Source: Nostoc punctiforme PCC 73102
Lineage (GTDB): Bacteria; Cyanobacteriota; Cyanobacteriia; Cyanobacteriales; Nostocaceae
Direction of reading: 5' to 3'
DNA: 32,000 bases
Assembly (NCBI RefSeq): GCF_000020025.1
Contig: NC_010628.1
Span: 5,940,001 to 5,972,000 of the forward strand
The notes beneath the pieces are model-generated. The model saw only the letters and a list, made by a program, of their open reading frames with translations, was not told the origin of the DNA and made no database searches. The translations under genes and the position numbers were made by a program. Position 1 is the stretch's first letter. Every line of letters begins with the position of its first letter. Shown in pieces: positions 18,146 to 27,060 of the stretch.

Positions 18146-21100
18146 ATGACTACTGACAAGCAGCTACACGTTTACACAAAAGAAAATCAGCATTCCTTGC
18201 AAAGACTGATGAGAGCGATCGCACTTTCTGAAGGTCAATTTGCCCTAATTTTAGTTCGGTGTAACTATGGGCAATTACGTGAACAAATGTTAGAAAATAT
18301 TCGCTCCATCACCAAAGATATCAATATCAGAGAAATTGTCCTCAATTCATCAACAACTTCCTTACACAACACAATAGTCTCAGAACTATCCTTAGATAAT
18401 CCCGCTGTCCTCACAGACTCTTTGCCAGCTGCTGTTATGGTTTTTGGTATTGAGTCAGCAATCGACCTAGAAAACTTGCTTACAGGCATTAACCAAGCGC
18501 GAGATATCTATGCCGCAACTTTTCCATTCCCAGTAGTGTTGTGGCTACAAGATGAAGTTGCATCATTGTTGTCCAGATTAGCACCTGATTTTAAAAGTTG
18601 GGCTGCAACCACGATTAAATTTGAAATGGCAAAAGCAGATTTGATTGCTTTGATCCACCAAGAAGCAGAATCTCTATTTGCCAAAGTTTTAGAAGCAGGT
18701 GCTGAAACATTTTTATCTAATGCTTCCCTAGATTTAGATCCGAAGTCTCAACACCGCCATGAAATAGAATCAGCCCGTAATGATTTGCTGCGCCTATATG
18801 GTATTCAATTAACACCAGGATTAGAAGCTAGTTTAGAATTTGTGTTAGGACGAGATAAATATGCCAACGATCAAATTAATGGTGCTTTAGGCAATTATCA
18901 AAGAAGCCTAGCATTATGGCAGCAGGAAACGAAGAGAGTAGCTGAGTTGGAGAGTAATTCTTCTTTACCTCTCTCATGTCCTCACCCTACTCCTCCCTCG
19001 CCTTTACTCAAGCAAGCAATAGTACTATTCCACCTGGGACTGTGTTATCACCGCATGGCAGACTTACACCACAATAGTAATAGTCGGTATTGTGAACATG
19101 CTCTCTTGTGGTTTCAACAATGCTTGGACGTATTGGAGGAGGTACAAAGAGAAGACTTAGTGGCTAAATTTATTTTGCCTGCTTGTGAAATGCTGCAACG
19201 TTTACAAGCTTGGGACGACTTAAAAAAATTAGCTCAAAAGTCATTACTTATACATAAAATCTATGGAACTCCTGCACAAATTGCTCAAAATTATGGTTTT
19301 TTGGCAAATGTGGCAGTTTCAGAGTCGAATTGGGTACTAGCTCATGAATTAGCGAATGCGGCACTTTCTATTTCCGAAGAAGCAACAGAAGTTTCTCTGC
19401 GAGATGCTTTGCGAACACGACGACAAGAAAGTTGGCATCTTCTGTTGCTTGCACGTACACAGCGACATCTAGGTGAATCAGAAGAAGCGATCAATAACCT
19501 GGAATGGGCGAGGGTAGTTTGTGAGCTACAACATCAGCCATCACTGTATTTAGAGATATTAGAGGAACTGCGATCACTTTACTTTTTTGAGCGTCATAAC
19601 TATACAGAAGCCTTTAAACTCAAGCAAGAAAAAATTCAGATAGAACATCAGTATGGATTTCGTGCCTTCATTGGGGCAAGTCAATTACAGCCGCAACGAT
19701 CTAGAATTAACCCAGTATTGGAACCTCAAAAAATACCGTTTATTCCTGAAGGAGTTGCCCAAGAAATATCAGCTTCAGGACGACAGCAAGATGTCAATCG
19801 TTTGATTGAAAGAATTAGTCGTGCTGACTATAAACTTACAGTAATTTATGGTCCATCGGGCGTAGGTAAAAGTTCAATTCTCAAAGCTGGTTTAGTACCA
19901 GCCCTGACAGGAAAAGTTATCGGAGAACGCATTCCTATACCTATTGTTTTGTCTGTTTATACTGATTGGCTCACAGTCTTAATCAGCAGTCTCAACCAAG
20001 CGTTGGCATACACAGGAATATCAGTTAATTCTGACTCTACATCCAGTATACTGCTAGAAAAAATTCGTTTAGCAACCGAGCGCAATTATACAATAATTCT
20101 CATATTAGACCAGTTTGAAGAATTATTTTTTATTAGCAATCCTCCTACACAAAGAATTGAATTTTATCAATTATTTAGTGGGTGTTTAAATATTTCATTT
20201 GTAAAAATTATCCTTTCATTAAGAGAAGATTACTTACATCATTTATTAGAATTTGAACGTTTGAGCCAAAAAAATAGTATTGGACTATATGATTTAGGTG
20301 TAATTAATAAAAATATTCTCGATAAGGACATTCGCTACTATTTAGGAAAATTCTCTAGCCAGGATGCTAAAGCCATAATTCAAAGTCTTACTCAACGTTC
20401 TCATTATGAACTAAGTGATGAATTAATTAACCGATTAGTCCAGGATTTGACAGGAGAACTAGATGAAGTACATCCAATTGAATTACAAATAGTTGGCGCT
20501 CAACTACAAATAGAAAATATTACTACCCTTGGAGAATACAAGCTTTGCGGTGGCTCGGCAAAATTGGTTGAACGCTGGCTAGGGGAAGTGATCGAAGACT
20601 GCGGCCCGGAGAATGAAGAGTTAAGTTGGAAATTATTATTTGAGTTAACTGATGAGAAAGGGACGCGACCGTTAAAAAGTAAAGCTGATTTAGCGGCTGC
20701 ATTAGTTAATAACCATGATATAGATACAATATCAAGCTTTGACATAGTTGGGGAACTGATTTTAGAAATATTGGTGGGTTCAGGTTTGGTGTTGCGAGTT
20801 AGAGAGGAATTAGGCGATCGCTACCAGCTAGTTCATGATTATTTAGTTGAACCAATTCGCCAAAAAAACAACTATGGTATGCTCGCCGAGTTTGAAAAAA
20901 TCAAACTTGAAAAAATTAGAGCAGAAGTAGCCCAACAACTGAGTCAAAAGCAACTCAATTTGGTGTTGCAACGCCGACTGCGAGAAGCACGGTTTGTAGG
21001 CGCAATGCTGGCAATCATGGGGGGAACAATAGCAGCATTATGGTGGCAAGCTGACTTGCAAAAAACAGCAGCAATTCACCAAACTCTGCGAGCTGAACGC

Positions 21101-23197
21101 AGTGAAACCAACTTGAGGATTAGTGGAATCACGGCTGCTAGCGAAGCTCTATTTGCGTCTAATAAAGAGTTTGATGCTTTATTAGAAAGTTTGCGAGCTT
21201 GGAGAGAACTAAAACAGGCAGATGGAGTGCAACCAGATACCCGAATGCGGGTGGTAACAGCCCTGCAACAGGCGGTTTATGGGGTAACAGAAGTCAACCG
21301 CTTAGAAGGACACACTGATATTGTCTGGGGAGTAACTTTCAGCCCAGATGGTCAAACCCTAGCATCAGGTAGCCGCGATCGGACTGTGAAAATTTGGCAT
21401 CCTGATGGTACTTTACTTCAAACCCTCAAAGGTCACACTGATGCTGTTACCTCTGTAAGCTTCAGCCCAGATGGTCAAACCCTAGCGTCCGCCAGCCTCG
21501 ACAAAACAGTACAAATCTGGAATAAAAACCCGATTACAGGTGAATTTGATCTCAAGCCATATAAAACCCTGAGAGGACATAAAGATTGGGTTTATAGCGT
21601 TAATTTCAGCCCTGATGGTGAGTTGTTAGCTACTGCCAGTAAGGATACAACCATAAAACTCTGGCGCAAAGACGGTACATTAGTAAAAATCCTGAGAGGA
21701 CATCGAGGGTGGGTTAACTGGGTAAACTTTAGTCCCGATGGTCAATTAATCGCCTCGTCCAGCGATGACAAGACAGTGAAAATCTGGCGACGGGATGGTA
21801 GCCTGGTTACAACTTTGCAGGGACATCAGCAGGGTGTGACTGTAGCTGTTTTCAGCCCCGACGGTAAATTTTTAGCGTCAGCAGGTCGAGACAAGACAGT
21901 GAAACTTTGGCGGCGCGAGAATAACAACACTAAAGACAGTTTTGACTTTCGTCTTTACAAAAATTTACGGCAGCATAGCAGTACAGTATGGAGTGTGAGC
22001 TTTAGTTCCGATAGTAAAAAGTTAGCTTCCGCAGGTGAAGACAATACCATAAACCTCTGGAGTGTAACTGGTACTTTACTCAAAACCTTCAAAGGACACA
22101 GTGATGCTGTTGTTACTATCGCTTTCAGTCCGAATAACAAATTGCTGGCTTCAGGAAGTTTCGACAAAAGCGTGAAACTATGGAGTTTAAATGCCCCAAC
22201 ACCGCCTACTCTTCAAGGGCATCAAGATCGAGTTTTGAGCGTTACTTGGAGTCCCAACGGTCAGATGCTGGCTTCTGGTAGTAGCGATCGCACTGTAAAA
22301 CTCTGGAAGAAATACACTAGTAATGGCGAGTTCAAAACTCGACTTTACAAAACTTTAGTAGGGCATACAAGTAAAGTTCCTAGTGTCAGTTTTGACCCCA
22401 AGGGTAAAATGCTGGCTTCAGGAAGTTATGACAAAACTGTGAAACTTTGGCGGCTTGACGGTACTTTAATCATGACTCTTCACGGACATCGCGATAGTGT
22501 GATGAGCGTGAATTTCAGCCCCGATGGTCAGTTTCTGGCATCAGCTAGCAAAGATAAAACCGTGAAGCTTTGGAACCGTCAAGGTAAGTTACTCAAAACC
22601 TTAATGGGGCATCAGGGTTGGGTAAATAGCGTAAATTTCAGCCCTGATAGTCAGATTTTAGCCTCTGCCAGTGATGACCAAACTGTAAAACTGTGGAACC
22701 GTGAAGGCAAATTGCTCAAAACTTTTTCGCCCCATGACAGTTGGGTGTTAGGTGTCAGCTTTAGTCCCACTGATGAGTTGCTGGCTTCTGCCAGTTGGGA
22801 TAACACAGTAAAACTGTGGCGACGGGATGGTACGTTGTTAAAAACCCTATTAAAAGGGTATAGCGATAGCGTCAACGCTGTAACTTTCAGTCCCAATGGT
22901 GAATTGCTGGCCGCCGCCAGTTGGGATAGTACAGTAAAACTTTGGAGTCATGAAGGTAAATTAATTAAAAGTCTGAATGGGCATCGTGCCCCAGTGTTAA
23001 GTGTCAGTTTTAGCCCAGATGGTCAAACACTAGCATCAGCTAGTGATGACAACACGATAATTCTGTGGAATTTAAACCTTGACGATCTGCTTGTTCGTGG
23101 TTGCGACTGGGTGGGTGATTATCTCAAGCACAACCGTAATCTTGAGGAGCGCGATCGCTTTCTTTGTAATGGCATACCCACTAAAAACTCTTTTTAA
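18146..23197 (+). CDS. Giant STAND-type NTPase: N-terminal alpha/beta domain lacking a P-loop, TPR-like helical region, P-loop NTPase, hydrophobic helix, 14 WD40 repeats (1683 aa)
   Basis: Walker A GPSGVGKSS (aa 569-577, nt 19850-19876). Walker B ILILDQFEELF (D655, nt 20108). Hydrophobic FVGAMLAIMGGTIAALWW (aa 950-967). 14 units of GH.D.V..V.FSPDG..LAS.S.D.TVKLW from aa 1053 to ~1645. Confidence 0.9.
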   Translation: MTTDKQLHVYTKENQHSLQRLMRAIALSEGQFALILVRCNYGQLREQMLENIRSITKDINIREIVLNSSTTSLHNTIVSELSLDNPAVLTDSLPAAVMVFGIESAIDLENLLTGINQARDIYAATFPFPVVLWLQDEVASLLSRLAPDFKSWAATTIKFEMAKADLIALIHQEAESLFAKVLEAGAETFLSNASLDLDPKSQHRHEIESARNDLLRLYGIQLTPGLEASLEFVLGRDKYANDQINGALGNYQRSLALWQQETKRVAELESNSSLPLSCPHPTPPSPLLKQAIVLFHLGLCYHRMADLHHNSNSRYCEHALLWFQQCLDVLEEVQREDLVAKFILPACEMLQRLQAWDDLKKLAQKSLLIHKIYGTPAQIAQNYGFLANVAVSESNWVLAHELANAALSISEEATEVSLRDALRTRRQESWHLLLLARTQRHLGESEEAINNLEWARVVCELQHQPSLYLEILEELRSLYFFERHNYTEAFKLKQEKIQIEHQYGFRAFIGASQLQPQRSRINPVLEPQKIPFIPEGVAQEISASGRQQDVNRLIERISRADYKLTVIYGPSGVGKSSILKAGLVPALTGKVIGERIPIPIVLSVYTDWLTVLISSLNQALAYTGISVNSDSTSSILLEKIRLATERNYTIILILDQFEELFFISNPPTQRIEFYQLFSGCLNISFVKIILSLREDYLHHLLEFERLSQKNSIGLYDLGVINKNILDKDIRYYLGKFSSQDAKAIIQSLTQRSHYELSDELINRLVQDLTGELDEVHPIELQIVGAQLQIENITTLGEYKLCGGSAKLVERWLGEVIEDCGPENEELSWKLLFELTDEKGTRPLKSKADLAAALVNNHDIDTISSFDIVGELILEILVGSGLVLRVREELGDRYQLVHDYLVEPIRQKNNYGMLAEFEKIKLEKIRAEVAQQLSQKQLNLVLQRRLREARFVGAMLAIMGGTIAALWWQADLQKTAAIHQTLRAERSETNLRISGITAASEALFASNKEFDALLESLRAWRELKQADGVQPDTRMRVVTALQQAVYGVTEVNRLEGHTDIVWGVTFSPDGQTLASGSRDRTVKIWHPDGTLLQTLKGHTDAVTSVSFSPDGQTLASASLDKTVQIWNKNPITGEFDLKPYKTLRGHKDWVYSVNFSPDGELLATASKDTTIKLWRKDGTLVKILRGHRGWVNWVNFSPDGQLIASSSDDKTVKIWRRDGSLVTTLQGHQQGVTVAVFSPDGKFLASAGRDKTVKLWRRENNNTKDSFDFRLYKNLRQHSSTVWSVSFSSDSKKLASAGEDNTINLWSVTGTLLKTFKGHSDAVVTIAFSPNNKLLASGSFDKSVKLWSLNAPTPPTLQGHQDRVLSVTWSPNGQMLASGSSDRTVKLWKKYTSNGEFKTRLYKTLVGHTSKVPSVSFDPKGKMLASGSYDKTVKLWRLDGTLIMTLHGHRDSVMSVNFSPDGQFLASASKDKTVKLWNRQGKLLKTLMGHQGWVNSVNFSPDSQILASASDDQTVKLWNREGKLLKTFSPHDSWVLGVSFSPTDELLASASWDNTVKLWRRDGTLLKTLLKGYSDSVNAVTFSPNGELLAAASWDSTVKLWSHEGKLIKSLNGHRAPVLSVSFSPDGQTLASASDDNTIILWNLNLDDLLVRGCDWVGDYLKHNRNLEERDRFLCNGIPTKNSF
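21302..23080 (+). repeat. Coding tandem array: 14 WD40 units (~123-150 bp period), enough for two 7-bladed propellers
   Basis: Repeat units counted in the translation. At DNA level, an identical 26-mer TTCAGCCCAGATGGTCAAACCCTAGC occurs at 21338-21363 and 21461-21486, with a near-copy at ~23009-23035. Confidence 0.85.
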
Positions 23198-23297
23198 TTA
23201 TGAATCAAGTTGAAGCCTCAATGAGCAACCGCTCTTGGTTTAGCGGTTGATGAGGCGATCGGGGTTGTTAATTCAGAGCTAGAAAATAATTTTCGAG

Positions 23298-23648
23298 TTA
23301 ATCAGCAAAGGAGCGATCGCTCTCTAAAACTTCACGGCTATTTTCTGCGGCAGCCTCTTGTGGCAAATTCGCTAGAAAAGCTTGTAGTCTCATACGCTCG
23401 ATATAAGGCCAGCCTCCCTCAGACTCAATATCTTTTAGGAGTGAGTAAAGTTGCCGACGGTTAACAGGCAAACTCTCTTGAAAAACCCCATCTCGGATCT
23501 CTCTGTGTAACTGTTCCAATTGCCTAAGCAAAGCCAAAAGAGCTACAGTCTCACTTTCACAACCCTGCACAGCATCGTACACCACAGTTGTGATCGCTTG
23601 CAGTTTACAGGACAACTCCCCTGATTCCAGATTTTTGTTATGGTTCAT
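23298..23648 (-). CDS. Hypothetical helical protein (116 aa from ATG 23648; the ORF extends to a TTG at 23681)
   Basis: Clean ORF convergent with the WD40 gene. Sequence LLALLRQLEQLHREIRDGVF...GGWPYIERMRLQAFL looks like a genuine folded helical protein. No motif I can name. Confidence 0.55.
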   Translation of the reverse strand: MNHNKNLESGELSCKLQAITTVVYDAVQGCESETVALLALLRQLEQLHREIRDGVFQESLPVNRRQLYSLLKDIESEGGWPYIERMRLQAFLANLPQEAAAENSREVLESDRSFAD

Positions 23649-24478
23649 GCCAACTTTTCCGTATAAATGAGGCCAACTCAAATTTACCGGAGATTTTTAA
23701 TTTTCCCTAGTTTGCCAGTACTTACTCTAGACATTGAGCCAACAAAATGAAGCTCCTGTAGGCTTTTAGATGGTTTTTTGCTAGATTCACCGCGTTTGCT
23801 CTTCCCTGCACTTACCTAAGTAAGGGTTGAATATAACTAGATTTGTATCTTTATTAAAAGCAATTGCGATCGCTCCTAAAAGAGCGTAGTAACCTTTAGC
23901 ATAGCCTCCACATCAGCTAGATGCGATCGGGACGAGACTTTGTTAATTAAGAGTACTTTGATTTTGAGTTAAAAAAAATCGTATGATCTGGCTAATTTAC
24001 CCATCAAACAATGGGCTGTATGTAGTAGCGTCACATACATGATACAAAAAGACTTGGGCGACGCTGCTTTTGCAATTGGCAAAAGCAAAGTGCAAAGCAG
24101 ACAACTCTCTTCGCACTTTTTGAGGCAAGCACTTATGCTGCTCTGTGTAGCGCTTACTCATCCACCCGCCCAACTCTAACAAATGCCACCAACAGTAAAA
24201 CTGCTGGTTTTTTGCTCCCTAGTTACACACATCCAAAAAGGATACAGTGTGCTACTTATTCTGGGGTTTACTCCCCAAGCTCAAGAGAACGACACGTTTA
24301 ACTACGTTTAGCAGAGAAAATTTTGACTGGCGACTTCCAGCCTATACGCCCTGACATTTGTTTCAATTCTGGTAATCAGAGCAACGCAGTGTCACTTCGA
24401 AGATGGCTTTTCGTCAGAAATCAAAGCTTCGATGCAGTTTTACAACTTAGATATTAATTTTTGAGATTGAGGTTGACC

Positions 24479-25312
24479 ATGAGGTATCGCGCTTTAATTG
24501 TTGCATTCTTGGCTTTGTGCCTGGGACTAATAACTGCTTGTAGTGATGCTCCTGCTACTAGTAGTAGAGATGTACTTACTTACGACCAAATTCGTGGTAC
24601 TGGCTTGGCGAACAAATGCCCCCAACTAGCAGAAACAAGCCGTGGCTCCATTCCCATTGATTCTAGCCAGTCTTATGCCATCAAAGAACTTTGCTTAGAA
24701 CCAACTAGCTTTTTCATCAAAGAAGAACCTGCTAATAAACGCCAAGAAGCAGAATTTGTTGCTGGCAAATTGTTGACTAGATACACTTCCACTATTGACC
24801 AGGTGCAAGGCAACCTAAAAATCAACTCAGATAATAGCTTGACCTTTGAGGAAACTGATGGTCTTGACTTCCAAGCCATCACCGTACAACTTCCTGGCGG
24901 TGAGCGAGTACCTTTCCTCTTCACCATCAAAAACTTGGTTGCTCAAACCCAACCCAGTTTGAGCAGTATTAACACCTCTACGGACTTTGAAGGCACTTTC
25001 AAAGTTCCTTCCTACCGTGGTGCTGCCTTCCTAGATCCCAAAGGTCGTGGTGTCGTCAGTGGCTACGATAATGCCGTAGCTCTCCCTGCTCAAGCGGATG
25101 ATGAAGAACTTACCCGCACTAACGTAAAGCGTGCTGAAAATCTTAATGGTAAGATTTCTCTGCAAATCGCTAAAGTAGATAGTTCTAGTGGTGAAATTGC
25201 TGGTACTTTCGAGAGCGAACAGCCATCTGATACAGACTTAGGTGCTGGCGAACCGAAAGAAGTCAAGATTCGCGGTCTATTTTTTGCACGGGTTGAATCG
25301 ACTCGTAGCTAA
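24479..25312 (+). CDS. psbO: Photosystem II manganese-stabilising protein PsbO (precursor with lipoprotein-like signal peptide)
   Basis: MRYRALIVAFLALCLGLITAC signal. LTYDQIRGTGLANKCPQL and FKVPSYRGAAFLDPKGRG motifs are PsbO hallmarks. ATG 24479 has GAGG 7 nt upstream; the ORF track start at TTG 24461 is less likely. Confidence 0.95.
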   Translation: MRYRALIVAFLALCLGLITACSDAPATSSRDVLTYDQIRGTGLANKCPQLAETSRGSIPIDSSQSYAIKELCLEPTSFFIKEEPANKRQEAEFVAGKLLTRYTSTIDQVQGNLKINSDNSLTFEETDGLDFQAITVQLPGGERVPFLFTIKNLVAQTQPSLSSINTSTDFEGTFKVPSYRGAAFLDPKGRGVVSGYDNAVALPAQADDEELTRTNVKRAENLNGKISLQIAKVDSSSGEIAGTFESEQPSDTDLGAGEPKEVKIRGLFFARVESTRS

Positions 25313-25407
25313 ATTCTCTAGAGTTAGATAACTGACCTGGCATTCAGAACTACAATTCTGTAAACATCAGGTTTGATCGCAAAAGTTAACTTCTTTGCCC
25401 ACATTTT

Positions 25408-25530
25408 CAGGGCTGTTTCATTCCTATAAAAGCCTTACAGAGACGAAAAGAAACAAGAGAAGAATTTCTCCTTCCCTTGTCCCCAGCTTTTCAAGAGGCT
25501 TTGAAAGAATGAAACAGCCCTGCCTTTTTT
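25408..25530 (+). terminator. Long hairpin with U-tract downstream of psbO
   Basis: Perfect 16-bp stem CAGGGCTGTTTCATTC (25408-25423) / GAATGAAACAGCCCTG (25507-25522) enclosing 83 nt, followed by CCTTTTTT (25523-25530). Confidence 0.5.
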
Positions 25531-26118
25531 CAGGGTGGTACATAGATTTCTGATAAAGAGGCGGAAAGCTTAAAGCCTAATATGCTTGGGTTAGTGATAT
25601 TTTGCCGCGCAAGACCTTCCCAAATCAATCTCGCATTTTGTTGTATTTGCTTGCGTAAATATACATACTATTTTTCAAATATTATTAGTTATTTTTAATT
25701 GTTAGATGAATTTCGGTTGAATTGACAGGTAATTTTACTGTAAATTAAACTTTTACTATCTAATAAAATTCCGACTATTGTTGTTTTGTTTTGGGAAATT
25801 AGCTTCATCATTAATTAATTAAAGTTAAGTAAAATCTCGGTTTGATATTTAGTAATTAATTTTATATTTTATTTCTATGTAGTTCTAAAAATAGCTACAG
25901 ATTATCCCAAAGATAAATAACAAACTAAATACCAACTTCACCCATTTAAATTTTGCGTGGTTGTCAAGCAATTCTATTGGGATTTTGCCTAAAAAAAGTT
26001 GTTAATCCCATAGTAATTGCTATTACATACAGCGCGATATTCTGTTTAATATCGCACAATCGCAATTTAATTTAAAAGTGAGTAATTGATTGTTAATTTA
26101 CTCAATAGACACGGTGCT

Positions 26119-26895
26119 ATGCCTACCACAGTCACCAATGAACTAAAACATGAAATTTGGCAGTTGTTGCGAGAATATCAGCAATCTCGGTCAGAAAATG
26201 TTCGTAATAAACTGGTAAAACTCAATTTTGGACTTGTGAGAAAAGAAGCTCACTACTGGACGAATCAATGTCATGAAACCTACGATGATTTGCTCCAGGT
26301 TGGATGTTTGGGTTTAATCAGAGCGATTGAAAAATTTGAACTTTCCAAGGGACATGCCTTTAGTTCCTATGCTCTCCCTTATATTCGGGGTGAAATTCAA
26401 CACTATCTCCGAGATAAAGGTGTCACCGTGCGAATTCCTCGGAAGTGGTTAGCACTCCAACAGCAAGCAATAGGAGTGTCACGTTCTTGGCGTGAAAAGC
26501 ATAATCGCCAACCAACAGATACCGAATTAGCAGCAGCGCTAGAAATTTCTCCAAACGAATGGCAAGAAATTAAGTTAGCGTGGATAAATCGCGCTCCCTT
26601 GAGTCTTGATGTGCCAATCCAAGATGGAGAAGAAGGTTCTACTTGTTTGGGAGAATTGGTTCCCGATCCTCACTATCGCAGCTTTCAATTGGCACAAGAA
26701 GACCAACTTCGCTTGCAACAAGCATTGGTTCAACTCGAACAACGCACCCGTGATGTCTTGGAATGCGTATTCTTACAAGATTTGACACAAAAACAAGTTG
26801 CAGAACATCTCGGGATAAGTGTCGTGACAGTTTCCCGTAGAGTCAAGAAAGGTCTGGATTTGATGAAACAGCTTATGGGTGTAGCAGACGATTAA
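26119..26895 (+). CDS. sigF: Group-3 (SigF/SigB-type) RNA polymerase sigma factor; ORF track start 26086 is TTG, ATG 26119 more likely
   Basis: Region 2 (DLLQVGCLGLIRAIEKFELSKGHAFSSYALPYIRGEIQHYLRD), region 3 and region 4 HTH (TQKQVAEHLGISVVTVSRR). No region 1.1 and ~260 aa, which indicates group 3. The sigF symbol rests on my recollection that sigF neighbours psbO in Anabaena PCC 7120. Confidence 0.75.
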   Translation: MPTTVTNELKHEIWQLLREYQQSRSENVRNKLVKLNFGLVRKEAHYWTNQCHETYDDLLQVGCLGLIRAIEKFELSKGHAFSSYALPYIRGEIQHYLRDKGVTVRIPRKWLALQQQAIGVSRSWREKHNRQPTDTELAAALEISPNEWQEIKLAWINRAPLSLDVPIQDGEEGSTCLGELVPDPHYRSFQLAQEDQLRLQQALVQLEQRTRDVLECVFLQDLTQKQVAEHLGISVVTVSRRVKKGLDLMKQLMGVADD

Positions 26896-27060
26896 CTGCA
26901 AATAAACTAAACCCGCAGTTATGCTGGGATGTTAGTGTTAAAAATAACCCTTGAAATGTAAAAAATTAGGTTATAAAGGTAACATACTTTGCCTTTGATA
27001 CAAATTTTAGGCATGTATATTTCCATTTTTCAATTTTCCAATGGCTTTTGAGAACAGCTC

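Noticed and set aside
17935-18156. 73-aa ORF bridging the two NTPase genes
   Set aside because: Its body is the dispersed repeat (copy B) and it overlaps both neighbouring CDS ends. No coding signal.
18265-22896. Four minus-strand ORFs (74, 81, 70, 81 aa) inside the giant gene
   Set aside because: They are antisense to a continuous 5-kb ORF with clear domain signatures. The two within the WD40 array simply reflect the repeat structure.
21302-23080. Regular ~125-bp periodic repeats that could be mistaken for a CRISPR-like array
   Set aside because: The period is in-frame coding WD40 units within one long ORF. There are no short conserved direct repeats separated by unique spacers, and no cas genes.
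16622-23197. Idea that the NTPase locus is a recently acquired mobile defence island
   Set aside because: No integrase, transposase, tRNA attachment site or flanking direct repeats were seen. HIP1 octamers and host-like composition occur within both genes. The flanks are core genes.
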